Part shown: positions 52,441 to 64,000 of the stretch, one piece after another | How the letters are laid out: each line of letters starts with the position of its first letter | Position numbering within the stretch: the first letter of the stretch is position 1 | Origin: Lama glama | Taxonomy: Eukaryota | NCBI GenBank assembly: GCA_028534125.1 | Contig: CM052816.1 | Span: 18,354,001 to 18,418,000 of the forward strand | Length of the DNA stretch: 64,000 bases | Reading direction: 5' to 3' | Notes under the pieces: model-generated | What the model saw: the letters and a program-made list of their open reading frames with translations, nothing else | What the model was told of the DNA's origin: nothing | The model's database searches: none | Translations under genes and position numbers: made by a program

Positions 52441-55400
52441 TCAATTAATATTAATATTTCTGTAATCATACAAATGAGCAGTTGACTCTTTCCATCTTCT
52501 GTGGGCCCTCGCCCATGTGGGCATCTGGTTCTCCCAATGGCCGCACAGTGTGACAATACTCTAACTTACTTCCCCAAGCCCTCATTGGGCATGTAGGCTG
52601 TTCCTCTTCTGCCGTACAATTCTGTGGAAGGGTCAAACCCAATCAGAAATCCATTCTTCCTTAACTCCCGATGCTTTGCCTGATTACCAGCAGAATTCTG
52701 AGAAACTTCTAGATGGTAAATCCAGGAGATTTAAAGCAGGGCAGAGAAGGTGGAGGCCACAAGGACCAAGACCACACACAAAAGTAGAAGAAAAACCAGG
52801 ACACAGTATAAAGGAAGCCAAGAGAAGAGTGTGACTGGGGAAATAGGGGTGAATTTGCTAGCAGACACGTGTTCTGTAGAGCTGGAAGATAAGCTGCTTT
52901 GGGGAGGACCAAAGGAACCAGACATCATTGATCCTTCTGCCTGGAGAATCTCCAACATCACTTCATGCCACAGGAAACTATTTTTCTTGCCTGCATCATG
53001 AACATCCACTCTGGATAGTTGAAAGAGCCAATAATACAGCTTTTCAATTGGAGAGTGTGGCTACAGAGACACTCATCAGAGGACTGTAGCAACAGCAGTG
53101 GTTTCCAGAAAGCCACCGGGCTTGGAGGGCAGGAAGCCTCTCCACAATGCATACCATTTCTAAGGACAGAATCACACCACGAAGACTCTTTCTACATAAC
53201 TTTTACAGACAGCCTGGCAGTGTTTTCTCAACCATGCCCTAGTACTGAAAGCTCAATTGATGGAGTGGGATGTAAATGCCTAGCATAGTAGGAAGTACAT
53301 TTACAGTAAGCTGGAGAGGAGGAAATAGATTGGGACCAACCGTCAGGAAACCCAGTCCTGACTGTGTCCCTGTCTCCTTGGTGGCTCTACCTCTCTGAAT
53401 TTCAGTTTTCACATGGGTAAAATGTGAGGATTGAGCTGCTCCCTCACCGCACCCACCAGGGATTATAAACTCTTCAAGGGCAATGCTACATCCTAGCTCC
53501 AGAATCACACATCTAGGTTTGGCCAATAATAAAACAGCAAAATCAAATGAGCTGAATTCATTCTTTTGATGGTTTCTTCATTTATTGAAGTAAGTCTTTC
53601 AAGCAGACTACTCCAGCCAACCTGCCAAAATTTCTCCCAGCAAGTCAGACTATGTTGCTGCTCCACTTACCACCTTTAGGAGCTAACCAGCTGGTCAGGG
53701 TGAAGCCCCATCTCCACCTCATGGCCTGAAGGGGGGCCTTTCATAGTCTACTGGGCCTTCACTAACCTTCCCTACTGCCAATCTCCAGCCCCACTCCAGA
53801 CCCTGAAGCCATATTGAGCCTCTTGCAGTTCCTTGGAGGAGCCTGCTCTCCCTCACTCCCACGGAACACCCTGCAGCCCCCGCTCCCTCACCTAGCTGAC
53901 TCCTGATTCCTCATGCCACATGCCACCTCCTCCATGAGTACACTCCTTCAATCAGTCAACAGATACATGCTGTGCCCAGCACCCTGCTGGGTCCCATGAT
54001 TCTAGTGCTGCCTGCTCTTATCCCTGTGCCTCCACAAACAGTCCCCTGGACATTTTGATTACAGCATCTGTCATCCTGAAGCACTACTGTTTGTGAACAT
54101 CTGTCTCCAGCACTAGACTGAGCTTGCTGGGGAAGGGCTATTATCTTCTTGGTTGTTGTATCCCTGGAATGGCACCTGGCACAAAGTCAGGGCTCAACAC
54201 TGTTGGTTAAAAAGTGGGTAAATGAGTTTCTGACCAGTGAGAGTAAGTCTGGGCCTAGCAGAGGGCATGGTGGGCAACAGCACAGTGAAAAAACTTGAAC
54301 TGCTTGTGTGACTTTGGATAACTTGCTTGCCATCTTCGTACACACATTTTTTCATATGTAAAGTGGAGATAATTATAGTAGCTACATACCAGGCTGTAAG
54401 GAAGCTTTAGGGTTGGAAAAATGCTTAGCACAGGGCCTGGCACCTAGCAGGTGCTCAGTAACAGTTAGCCACTAAAATTAGAGAAGAAGGTGAGTGCTGT
54501 TAGAAAATTTTTGAATCTATTAATATCAACTTGTCTGGAAAACAAATGAACTCTGAATGTGTCTGACGCCCAGATTTGTTGCAAAGAACCTGCCAATAAG
54601 AAAGTGTTTGGATGTTAGGACCTGAGGGGTTAAGAGCTTCTAGGTATATTCTGCCTCCTGTGAGTTAACAGAACAACCATGTCCTGACCCAATGATGAGA
54701 AGTTGAGCCGAAAGAACAGACAGGCCTCCCAGCAGGTGCTGTGGGAAGAAGCTTGCTCTGTTGGCGGCCCTGGGACAGTGCAGACGAAGGTCTATACAGA
54801 GGAAGGGGCTCTGACTGTTGAAGTCTCTCAGGACTTCAAAGGGCCATATGAGGCAGGGATGGGAGTGAACCGCCTTCTGAACTGCCAAACTTCACCTCAC
54901 AGCCCACAGGTTACTCAGAACCTGCCCAAATGAAGGTACTCATTTCCCCCAAGGCTTCCCAGCATTTCCCAACCTGTTCCTCTGCCAGTCATCCTTGTTA
55001 ATTATCAGCGACCTTGTTCTCTGGACTCCAGGCATCCCTGAGGGAAGGGGACTTTGCCTGAAGGAGGCTCCAGTGCCCAACACCCTTACCCTCTAAGCTC
55101 CTGGGCTCTATATACTCATCTGATTGACATGCTAGAGGTAAGAGACCATGGGGCTCAGCTTGGATATAAAATGTTGAACTACCCTCAGCACCTTGGAAGC
55201 AGGGGGCCCAATTTCACTCAAGTACTTAATTTCACACATTTCTTTTTTCATTAAGCACTCCTGATGCTCAAACCCTTGGGTCCATGCTACTTTTACTCAT
55301 GGCCTTGGAATAATTTAGATTAGTCTGGGTAAGTTATTATGTAAATCTAGGAAGACTGACATGGGCAATGGACCATGAAGGAAGTGATTTGCAATGCCCA

Positions 55401-57094
55401 ATGAGGAGCTACTATATTGGTCAGAAAAGTCAGCTTCCTGTAAATAATCTGCATTTCAGATTCACAGAGCTTTCAGTGCTTAAAATTATCCCCAAACCCC
55501 AAGAAAATCAGGGGACTTATCCAAGGTCACACACCCAATAAGTGGCCACAGTAGAACTTAGCCCAGGGCTTCCTGAATTAAAGCCAATAATAGCCATAAG
55601 TGATAGCCAGTGATTCTCCTAGGGCCCAGGTAAAAGCATTTCCACTAAGACAGGGGAAATTTTAACTGCGGGGGCTAGGGGGCCACAGAGGAAAGCAACA
55701 GATATTATTTTTTCCAGTCTACAGCGGCTTTTTCCAATAACATATTTTAAATAGCTATTTGAACAGGCAAAGATGAAAGCACATTTCAGTGTTAAGGAAA
55801 TTTTACTTCAGTGAATCACCACACAAAATCTGAAAGTGTAAGCTTGAGAAGTGTGCCTTTGTTAAGGGAAAAAAAAAGGCAAGGGGTGTGTGTGTTAGGG
55901 TAGGGTGTCTTGTAAACAGACTTGCAATGTTTGGGGATATTTCCTATAGTGGAGACTTCAATTTGATACAGACATGCAGGTTTTAGAATCTGTTTCATCA
56001 AACAAAGCCAAGACTTCTCTGAACAGCTGCCCTCAAATTACTTTTCTCCTTAGGAAAACATTGTTTCAATTCTTTTTATTTGATAGGCCATTTTCACCAG
56101 AAAAAGAAAAATTCTGATGAAAAAAGTCCTTGGACGGAGTCCCAGAGGAGTGAGATGATCAGCTCCTCACTCAGATGCAGCCAGATATGGGCCTGGAACA
56201 AAGTCAGCCATGCTTCCATCCCCATGACCACTTGTCTGCTCTTAGTATCATTCCTAACACCAGGCTTTTTAAGCAGCTAGGTCCTCAAAGGCCACTGTAT
56301 CATAATGTGAGCATCTGTCAGTAAGAAGATGGAGGTGAAAACTGAGAAGGTGGGATGGATCTGAGAATCCACCAGAGGAGGAGCTGCAGAACTGTGGTGA
56401 TTCCACAATGACAGTGTGGGGAGTTTGGGTGCAAGAGACAGAGCACTGGGCAATGGTGGGACTGTGATGTAAAGGGAGACAGAGAGGCCAGCTTGAGGTA
56501 TATGGGATTTCTGGCACTGGCAGGACATCTGCTTAGAGCAGTCTCTCTGCATGGTAGGAATTCATCTTTGAAGCTCTTAAGAAAGGAATATCTTCACCTG
56601 TGGGACAAGTGCAAGAAAATGAAGGACAAAGCTTCAGGGATGAATGCACTTTCTCAAGGGCAGAGGAAAAAACAAGAATGGCGGAAACCCTGGAAAGTAG
56701 CTGCCTTTAAAGGATAAAAGGAGAATGAAGAGTGACAAAGGAAGCTGAGGAGGAGCAGTGGGAGGGACAGAAGGAACCTGGGAAGGCAGGCTGTCATGTC
56801 TGATGCGCCGGAGAAAGGGTAGTGCCAAGAGAGGCTGACAGTGTCAACCTTTACAGATCATGTGGTCAATGAGCTGCAACTGTTTCAGTAATCAACCAGT
56901 TAGTGATTCTGTCACAACTTTAACGTCCTAAGTATGCAGGTTAAGTGGAGCATGGTATAACATAGAACGGAGTAGTTCTGAATCAAATCTTTTCTAGGTT
57001 TGAGTAGCTGTCAATACTCTGATGTTAATCAGAAAACATTCAAGAGTCATTTTTATTCATCACCTGCTTGGAACCCAATTTTACTTCCTGGAGA

Positions 57095-57340
57095 AACAGA
57101 AGAGTATAGTGGTCAAAAGCATGAACTTTAAGGGTAGACCTTCTGGATTCAAATTCCACATCTCCTGCCTCCTATCTGGGCACATTACAACTCACTGGAA
57201 AACTAGGATAATAATAGAATGTACTTCATAGAGCTGCTGCAAAAATTTGAGGGAGTTAATTCTTACATACGTTTATAATATGTATACTTTATAATATATA
57301 ATATGTACACATAGTGCTCGAAATGTTACTGAATAGTTAA
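57095..57340 (+). mobile_element. MIR SINE (degraded)
   Basis: gtatagtggtcaaaagcatgaacttt...ggattcaaattcca...ggataataatagaatgtacttcatagagctgctg...acatagtgctc. Confidence 0.65.
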
Positions 57341-57392
57341 TTTTTAACCATCTAATTTAGTTTTAATAATCAGTGAAGACAAAGGTAGAGAA

Positions 57393-57704
57393 CAGCACTA
57401 TTCAACAGAAATACAGAGCAAGCCATTCCACAAGGCACATATTTAGTTTTCCAATAGCTATATTATCTTTAAAAAAAAAAAGGTGAAATTAATAATATTT
57501 TTTATTTAACCCAACATATCTAAATATCATTTCAACACATGATTGATATTTTTTAATTACTGAGGTATTTTATCTTTTTTTGTATAAAATCTTTGAAATC
57601 TGACGTGTATTCTACACTTACACAGCACCTCTCAATTAAACTGGCCACATTTCAAGTGCTCAGTATCCACATGTGATTACTGGTTACCATATTGGATAAT
57701 GCAG
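57393..57704. mobile_element. MER33 hAT-Charlie DNA transposon (near full length)
   Basis: cagcactattcaacagaaata...ggtgaaattaa...tttatttaacccaa...gccacatttcaagtgctca.ta.ccacatgtg...atattggataatgcag matches the recalled MER33 consensus. Confidence 0.85.
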
Positions 57705-58339
57705 GAATAGGTACACACACCAAATTGTTAATATAAGCTATCTCACAAGGCTGGCTTAGCGGTGGGGCGGGGGAACTGGCAACATCTTGTTTATATACCG
57801 CTACATTGTTCAATATGTAACAATAAGGTCTGTATCTCCAATATCCAGTAAAAGAGTAAGAAAACAACCAATGATCCAAAACCAATATTCACTGAAACAG
57901 TCACAGAAATACAGAGGAAAGCATTCTAAACGAAAAGTTAGAAGAACTGGGTTCTACATTATATGCGAGCCCTTCAGAAAGCCCTTTCCCATTCCTAGGC
58001 CTCAGTTTCGTTATATTTAGTTTAGAACTGGATGAATTCCTCATGACCTCCCAGTTCTTAAAATGTATAATTGTCAGCCACTCTATTTCTCTTATATTGC
58101 GTCCAAAAATCTACCAATTGACTGACGAAAACTTTCCTCACATGTGGAGGTGGTTTATCTGAAGAGGGACAGGTGGTACAAATTCTTGCAGTCAGAGCAT
58201 TTCCTGACCTTAAACCTGCCACGGTTCCGTTCGCTGCTGAATATCAACTTTCCCAGCTCCAAAGAGCTTACATTTACATCTGTCCCCTGGTTCCCCCCCC
58301 GTGCCCCACCCTGTGGTCACAAATGCCCCAGAAAATGAA

Positions 58340-58765
58340 AAATGCGCCTGACCTTCTCACTCTCCTGCAGGAATGATTTGGTCCGAATGCAAGGAAATCT
58401 GGGAGGAGGGGCCGCGGGAGTACGTGCTGCACCTATGGAACCTGCTGGACTTCGGGATGCTGTCCATCTTTGTGGCCTCCTTCACCGCAAGGTTCATGGC
58501 CTTCCTGAAAGCCAGCGAGGCCCAGCTCTACGTGGACCAGCACGTGCAGGACGACACGCTGCACAACGTCTCGCTTCCGCCGGAAGTGGCCTACTTCACC
58601 TACGGTGAGTCGGCCGTGCTCTGCCGCATTGCGCCCCGAGTGCTTCCGGGGCGTGGCCAGGAGCCTTTCGCTTGGCTGGTTCGGCAGCGGGTGGTCTGTA
58701 TCGGGGCTGTGGCTGACCTTGGTCATCAAAGCAGATATCCCCTCCCCCCCACCCCCCATTCCCGA
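58340..58765. promoter_or_regulatory. Intragenic CpG-dense patch over the 234-nt exon and 5' end of the next intron
   Basis: Manual count: ~16 CpG in the exon and ~11 in the next ~100 intronic bp, against strong CpG depletion elsewhere. Confidence 0.55.
58371..58604 (+). CDS. TRPC7: TRPC7 internal exon (likely exon 6), 234 nt, phase 1/1: (G)MIWSECKEIWEEGPREYVLHLWNLLDFGMLSIFVASFTARFMAFLKASEAQLYVDQHVQDDTLHNVSLPPEVAYFTY(A) (S2-S3 and S3-S4 loop)
   Basis: Branch-like ctgac + pyrimidine tract + ctgcag acceptor (ends 58370); donor G|gtgagt at 58605; split codon G|GA=Gly with the previous exon; TRP S3 motif WNLLDF. Confidence 0.97.
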
Positions 58766-59134
58766 AGGTCCTAGTCCCTGCAATACAACCAGCTGTATAG
58801 AACATGGAATTGGGGACTACGAGAAATGAATCATTTTTCTTGGGAAGGATGGATTTGTTTTGGAAAGGCTCTTGGAGCGTTTCTGTGGCATTCTTTTTTT
58901 TCTCTTTTTTTTTTTTGTTTTTCTTTTTTTTCCCTTTTCTAAAAAAATTTCGTTTCTCACATGGATCCAGGAACTTTTCCTTCCATATTGGATCCCTGAA
59001 TTTTGTTCAAAAATAAGTCCTGCTTTCCCACTTAAAAAGTTATTTTCTCATGGTAAGATAGGCTCATGGAAGATGCCTCAATTCTTTGATACCACAAGGC
59101 CATACAGTGTAAGGCACTAGACTGATTTTTTAGT

Positions 59135-59290
59135 AATAATAATAAAGGTGATAGCATCCATTTATCGAGGACCCACTACGTGCCAGGAATTATATAGACA
59201 TTTTACACCATAAACTCCAATCCTTTCAATAGTCCCACATAAAAAGGGTCTTTTTTTGTCCCTGTTTTATAGATGAAGAAACAGGTTTTC
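59135..59290 (-). mobile_element. MIR SINE
   Basis: catttatcgaggacccactacgtgccagg...ttttatagatgaagaaacagg. Confidence 0.7.
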
Positions 59291-59374
59291 ATGGCAGGCT
59301 TTACAATGTTCCCAGAAATACAGGATTGCCTTGGATATTAAGGGATCCATCGTGAAATGGAAACGATACAGAAT

Positions 59375-59615
59375 GGCATAGTGGTTATGTTTCCAGGCTT
59401 TGGAGTTAAACCTCATTTCAAATCCTACTTCTATAGCTTACTATGAGGACTTGTTTACTTAATTTTTCTGACCTTCTATTTTCCCATATGTAAAATAAGA
59501 ATAATACATATGTCAGAAAGTTTGTTTTGAGGATTAAATAAGAGAGTGCATATGAAGAATTTTGCACTCTATTCTGAAATGCTAACTAAGTAGTAACAGT
59601 TACCATTATCACTAC
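59375..59615 (+). mobile_element. MIR SINE
   Basis: gcatagtggtta...ggctttggagtta...ttcaaatcctacttcta...gtaaaataagaataata...tgaggattaaataaga. Confidence 0.75.
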
Positions 59616-60309
59616 TACCTCTGGGGTCATTTTCTTGCTCAAACACTGTACCTTCTATACTAAAAGAGAAAGGTGGGTGGGGAGAAGAAACAGTGGATAT
59701 TTGTTATCAGTAAATTAGCTGGACATTTAATAGGCAGTCACTAGTGGCAGCTGCTACATCATAAAAGGTCTCAGTGTCAAATGTCCCTGTTTAGATGTAG
59801 GCCACATGGTGCTTGTGACTACAGAATCTTCACAGTCAGTTACAGCAATGATCTGCAGAGGGTTGGCCACTTCACACAAAAGCTGAGTTACTGCCCATGT
59901 TCAATATAGATTGTTATGCAGCTTATGTAACATGTAAATGTGGTAGGGAAACCCCTATTGAGAAATGGAGAGTCTTGTTGTATTACAAATCATCCACTCT
60001 TCATTTGTTGGTTTAGCAAATTCAGATGTTTTAAAAGCAAAATGGGCTTAGATATTTTCCCCTCTGTGCTGCTCAGGGTTCATCAAGGAAAGATGGGAGA
60101 AGCTTGATAACTGCATTGGATAATTTTCTTAATGCCGTGCTTCAGGCCACATTATTGTTCACTTGTGACTTCTGTTCCTTTTACGGATTGTATTAAAGTC
60201 TCACCCAACACAAAGCATTACACATTATTGCCCTTGCATTATGGTTCACCCTGTGCCCTTGAAATCTGACTCTCAGAGCAGTCACTTTTGCTCCGTTAAT
60301 GGCGCAGGA

Positions 60310-60323
60310 GCGCCCTCTCGTGG
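60310..60323 (-). promoter_or_regulatory. Candidate CTCF binding site (CCACGAGAGGGCGC on minus strand)
   Basis: + strand gcgccctctcgtgg; close match to the CTCF core CCASYAGRKGGCRS in apparently unique sequence with several retained CpGs. Confidence 0.65.
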
Positions 60324-61163
60324 TCTGTCAGGCAGTGGGCTCTTCTAACCTGTACAGCACCAAGTAGGCAGGTATCCTTCAGAGTGCGAAAGGGCAGTTT
60401 TTCTCATGGAAACAGTTCGAAAAGAAAGAAAACCCCTTTGTCTGAATCATCAGAGTGCTGTTTGCTTTTACATCTATCACAGCTCTTCCAAGCCAGTCCC
60501 AGTAGAATACTTTTCACTAAAAGTCCTGACCTGGTCACCAGGGTCTGAAGACAGCTAACTCTACTTTAATAGATAATAGGAGTGGCTTTTACTATTACAG
60601 CTAGGTTTAAGATGACAAATTACAGAGGCAGAAAAGAAATTCCTTTCGACGTCTGATGATGTTGTGTCCTATTTCATGTTATCTAGATGTGTTATTTATC
60701 CATAGAGGGCAACAGATACACTGGAAAAATATAATTTGTTCCCCTACTTGTCTTTCACAGACTTCAGAGTTACAACCTTGATGAGAACATAGAGTCTGTG
60801 ACTTTATATATTTCCAAATATAATTTCGAATGCACTACATGAAACTTGGGGGCAAGTAAAGGCCTGGCTTCCCTTACTAGAGATTTCTTACTGCCCTTTA
60901 TTATTATAATTGTTTAACAGAGTCTCACTTTAAAAATAAAGAACAAAATTCTTCCTCTTCCATCTCCCTTGAGATGCCAAGAATTGCTATGGATTATCCT
61001 AGCTATCTGCATTTACCCAGCTCTGAAAAGGACCCCATACCCCAAATCCAATCTTTAAAATGGCAAGAATACCTCCACTACAGGGCTGTTGTGAAAATTA
61101 CAGCAAATGTTAAGCGTAAGGGCTAATTTGGGTTTCTCTACGTTTCTCAATTTAAGTTTCACT

Positions 61164-61349
61164 TAGTAATTCTCAACAGAGACGCAATTGGTTTGTTTAG
61201 CAGGGCAGTTCCCATGGAGCGGGTCTGTCTGGCGCACTGCAGGATATTAGCATCCCAATAATACTCCTACCCAGTCATTGTGATCACCATAGCGGCCCCC
61301 ACACACATTGCCCCAGGATGAAGATGCTCCCCTCACTGGAAATTCACTG
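61164..61349. mobile_element. MER20-like hAT DNA transposon
   Basis: tagtaattctcaac...cactgcaggatattagcatccc...cccagtcattgtga...acattgcc...aattcactg. Confidence 0.6.
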
Positions 61350-61820
61350 TATGTCTTAACACATAGCAGGCAGCTTATTAGAGAAAGATGCTACTCCTTG
61401 CACCATTAGAACTGCAATAGGAACATTCTGCAGGTTTGCTCTGCTGCAGGAATCCACCCAGGGTGGCTCAGACCCTCACCAGTGACCACAAGGAGAATCT
61501 CCCCAACCAGGGACAGGTCCCAGGACTCTTGCCACCTGGAACAGGGCTGTCACAGAAAACCTGGGTGACTGGTCACCTGTTCGGGGCCTTAGCTCAGCTT
61601 CCAGACACACACTACCTAAGGAACAAAACCCAAGAGCATTTTCTTAGGCGAAAGCCTGCAGATTCCTGGCCCCCATGTGAGCTCATTTGTTCTGATTTGT
61701 GGCTAGTCTACACTTGAGGTTAAGATTTCGTATGGTCATTTAACAAACATGTTTCAGCACCTGCTGTGTGCTAGACCTTTGTCCCCAGGAACCCCCAAGT
61801 GGCCTGGAGTTTGTTTTCCA

Positions 61821-62010
61821 GCTAAGCCCTTTACATAAATGATTTCATTTCATCCTACCGCAGCTCTGTACGGTTGATGATATAATCCCCATTGACAGAT
61901 GAGGAAATGAGGCTTTAAAAAGTTAATTGACTTGCTCAGAGTCACACTGCCACTGTGTAGAAAGGCCACTTTCAACCTTGGGTCTATCTGGCTCTGAATC
62001 TGTGCTCCTC
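61821..62010 (-). mobile_element. MIR SINE upstream of the 265-nt exon
   Basis: aatccccattgacagatgaggaaatgaggct...gttaattgacttgctcagagtcacac. Confidence 0.8.
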
Positions 62011-62421
62011 CCCGCCACCTCCAGGGAATGGCATGGCCTCTGCTTGTGGTGCTCAAACAAGGGGAAGGAAGACAGGATAGAGCAGCATGGGAAGGGCCAT
62101 GACAGGAGGGTACACAGGGGACCATGGGAGCAAACAGGACTAGGGAGGCTGCCCCAGCCTGTGGGGGTCCCAGAGGGCTTCCTGAAAGAGATGACACCTG
62201 AACAGAGTCTTGAGGACTGCTGAGACTGAAGTGAGGGAAGGTTGTTCCCAGCAGCTGGGCCGGCATTGTTCCAAGAGGGAGAGTGACACCTACAATGTAT
62301 TTGAATTAAAGACCAGGGCAGGAATGGCAGGTGATGAGTTCAGAGGCTCTACAACCTAACTGATTTCTCTTCCAGAGCAGATCCTGTCACCCAGGGAGTA
62401 ACCAGGATTATTTTCTTTTAG

Positions 62422-62686
62422 CCAGGGACAAGTGGTGGCCTTCAGACCCCCAGATCATATCAGAAGGGCTGTATGCAATAGCTGTCGTGCTGAGCTTCTC
62501 TCGAATCGCGTACATCCTGCCAGCCAACGAGAGTTTCGGGCCCTTGCAGATCTCCCTGGGGAGAACCGTGAAGGATATCTTCAAGTTCATGGTCATTTTC
62601 ATCATGGTATTTGTGGCCTTCATGATTGGGATGTTCAATCTGTACTCCTACTACCGAGGTGCAAAGTACAACCCAGCATTTACAAC
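62422..62686 (+). CDS. TRPC7: TRPC7 internal exon (likely exon 7), 265 nt, phase 1/2: (A)[87 protein letters not shown](T) (S4, S4-S5 linker, S5, pore-loop start)
   Basis: Acceptor ttttcttttag (ends 62421); donor AC|gtgagt at 62687; split codon G|CC=Ala; [17 protein letters not shown] is the canonical TRPC S4-S5 linker. Confidence 0.97.
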
Positions 62687-62820
62687 GTGAGTATCCCAGG
62701 GCTCTCCCTGGAGGGGCTCCCTGGGCTTCCTAGGGATCATTGGGAGCCTCCTTCAGGCGGTTCCTCAAAGAGATTCAGGTCCCCTTGGCATTGATAAAGA
62801 TGAAAGGCCACTCTTTTCAA

Positions 62821-63062
62821 GGATGGTTTCGAGTTCGGGTTCTGGAGTTGGAGGAACAGAAGAGCTGGATTCCGTCCGTCCTTTGCCACTTACGTGCCGT
62901 GTGGCCAGGATCACGTTCCTCAATTTCTCTAAGCCTTAGCTTGCTCATCTTGAAAAATGAGGCGAATAATAAGACCTGCTTCATAGGGATAGTGTGAGGA
63001 TTCAATGAGCTGATTTACTCAGTAAACTTAGTAAGTGGAAGGAATTATCACTATTATTATTA
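62821..63062 (+). mobile_element. MIR SINE downstream of the 265-nt exon
   Basis: tttgccacttac..gccgtgtg; tttgctcatcttgaaaaatgagg..aataataagacctgcttcatagggatagtgtgaggattcaatgag. Confidence 0.8.
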
Positions 63063-64000
63063 TTGGCTTAGCCTATGCTACCTAGAAAACAAAACCCTGG
63101 GCAAGTCTTGCATGCGAGCATTTCATTGGAGAGAGGGAGTTGCAATTCAAATGAGGTAAGACTGAAGGAAAAGGGAAAAGGCATGTGAGAGGAAAGAAAG
63201 CATTCACAGGTTGCTTGTAATGGCCACCATCTACCAGGACACACCTGTCACGGCAGACTTCTCCCAGGAGACTACACAGAAACACCACATTTTAGGATAG
63301 CCCATCAGGATGAGAATTAGAGAACCCACCAGCCGTATCTTTCCCATCTGCTGTCCTTCATGAGTCAAATTCACTCTAGGACATTAACACACCTTCACTT
63401 CCAGGGCAGCCCCTGGGGGACCATGTCTGCACAGCATGGGAGGGAGGTCTGCAAGCGGCCACAGGTCAGCAGCTCTCTGTGCCTGACTGGGCAGCCAGTG
63501 CTGTGCAAGGGCACTGAACAAGTCCTGCAGAATCATGGGCCTCAGCGGCAGCAAGAAAAGCCCAGGCGAGGGATGCAAGAGGCATGTGGTGTGAACATGA
63601 CACGAGGCACTGACACGGGGTCCAGAAGTAGCTACTGCAAGCAGAGCAAGCAATGCCACAGCCTCCACCATGGAGGTGGTGCCGGAGATCACTGTGCCTG
63701 TGTCCCTGAGGACCCAGAGCTCCTCCCCTGGATGCCAGGCAGGTCTCCTGGAGGGCCATCAGTAGCACTAAGCAGTGGTATAGCACAAGAACCTGGCACA
63801 TCTGGGTTTATATCCTGGCAGAGGCAGTAAGTCGCTAATGACGTTAAGCCAAGTGACTTGAGTTTTCTGAGCTTCTGTATCCTCACTGGCAACATGGAAA
63901 CAAGACTTCTCACCCCGCTCATAAAGACATTTACAAATAAAGGAAGGGGTTCTGTAAAGTGCCTGAAGCTCAGAAGTGTTTCCAGTCCAGGTCCTGCCCA

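Larger units (their letters stand above)
1..64000 (+). other. TRPC7: TRPC7 gene body, partial (long upstream intron through the intron after the S5 exon); no start or stop codon in window
   Basis: Four in-frame spliced exons at 40.0, 47.8, 58.4 and 62.4 kb. The first 23 kb is assigned to the gene on the assumption that the contig left of the N-gap is correctly placed. Confidence 0.8.

Noticed and set aside
58433..58829. Antisense and alternate-frame ORFs over the 234-nt exon, and the 133-aa read-through ORF
   Set aside because: Expected stop-codon scarcity in GC-rich sequence; a consensus GTGAGT donor ends the real exon at 58604.
62418..62426. Second AG 4 nt downstream of the acceptor (also at 47816-47819)
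   Set aside because: Not an in-frame NAGNAG; use would frameshift and there is no evidence for it.
63360..63922. 156-aa ORF and overlapping ORFs
   Set aside because: GC-rich, probably old LTR-derived sequence; does not match the next TRPC7 exon (expected VEESFKTLFWSIFG), which is not in the window.
1..64000. CRISPR arrays, prokaryotic operons or defence systems, tRNA/rRNA/snoRNA/miRNA genes, processed pseudogenes
   Set aside because: The sequence is mammalian intron/exon DNA and none were recognisable by eye; an Infernal/Rfam scan would be needed to exclude small RNAs formally.

Overview
Mammalian genomic DNA from the middle of the TRPC7 gene (transient receptor potential canonical channel 7) on the + strand. 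Four internal coding exons (165, 217, 234 and 265 nt; probably exons 4-7 in human numbering) have GT-AG boundaries and splice in frame. They encode the pre-S1 region through S5 and the start of the pore loop. The remaining ~63 kb is intron rich in old interspersed repeats (L2, MIR, L1M, MLT1, MER33, MER20), with three related antisense ERV1 (MER34-like) solo LTRs, a short young L1 3' tail with TSDs, and a 500-N scaffolding gap. The L1 tail and the lack of Alu/B1/PRE-1/Bov/CHR/SINEC SINEs suggest a camelid (inference from memory, not a search). I found no new gene system. Apart from the exon-overlapping ORFs and two degraded L2 ORF2 remnants, the ORF track looks like noise. The most unusual observation is a recent-looking templated insertion at ~11.0 kb: 78 bp copied exactly from an LTR 1.9 kb upstream into a MIR, with microhomology and template-switch scars. 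Other notable items are a strong CTCF motif, an intragenic CpG-dense patch at the third exon, and a sense-oriented MLT1A poly(A) signal. Repeat family names come from recalled consensus sequences and their boundaries are approximate.
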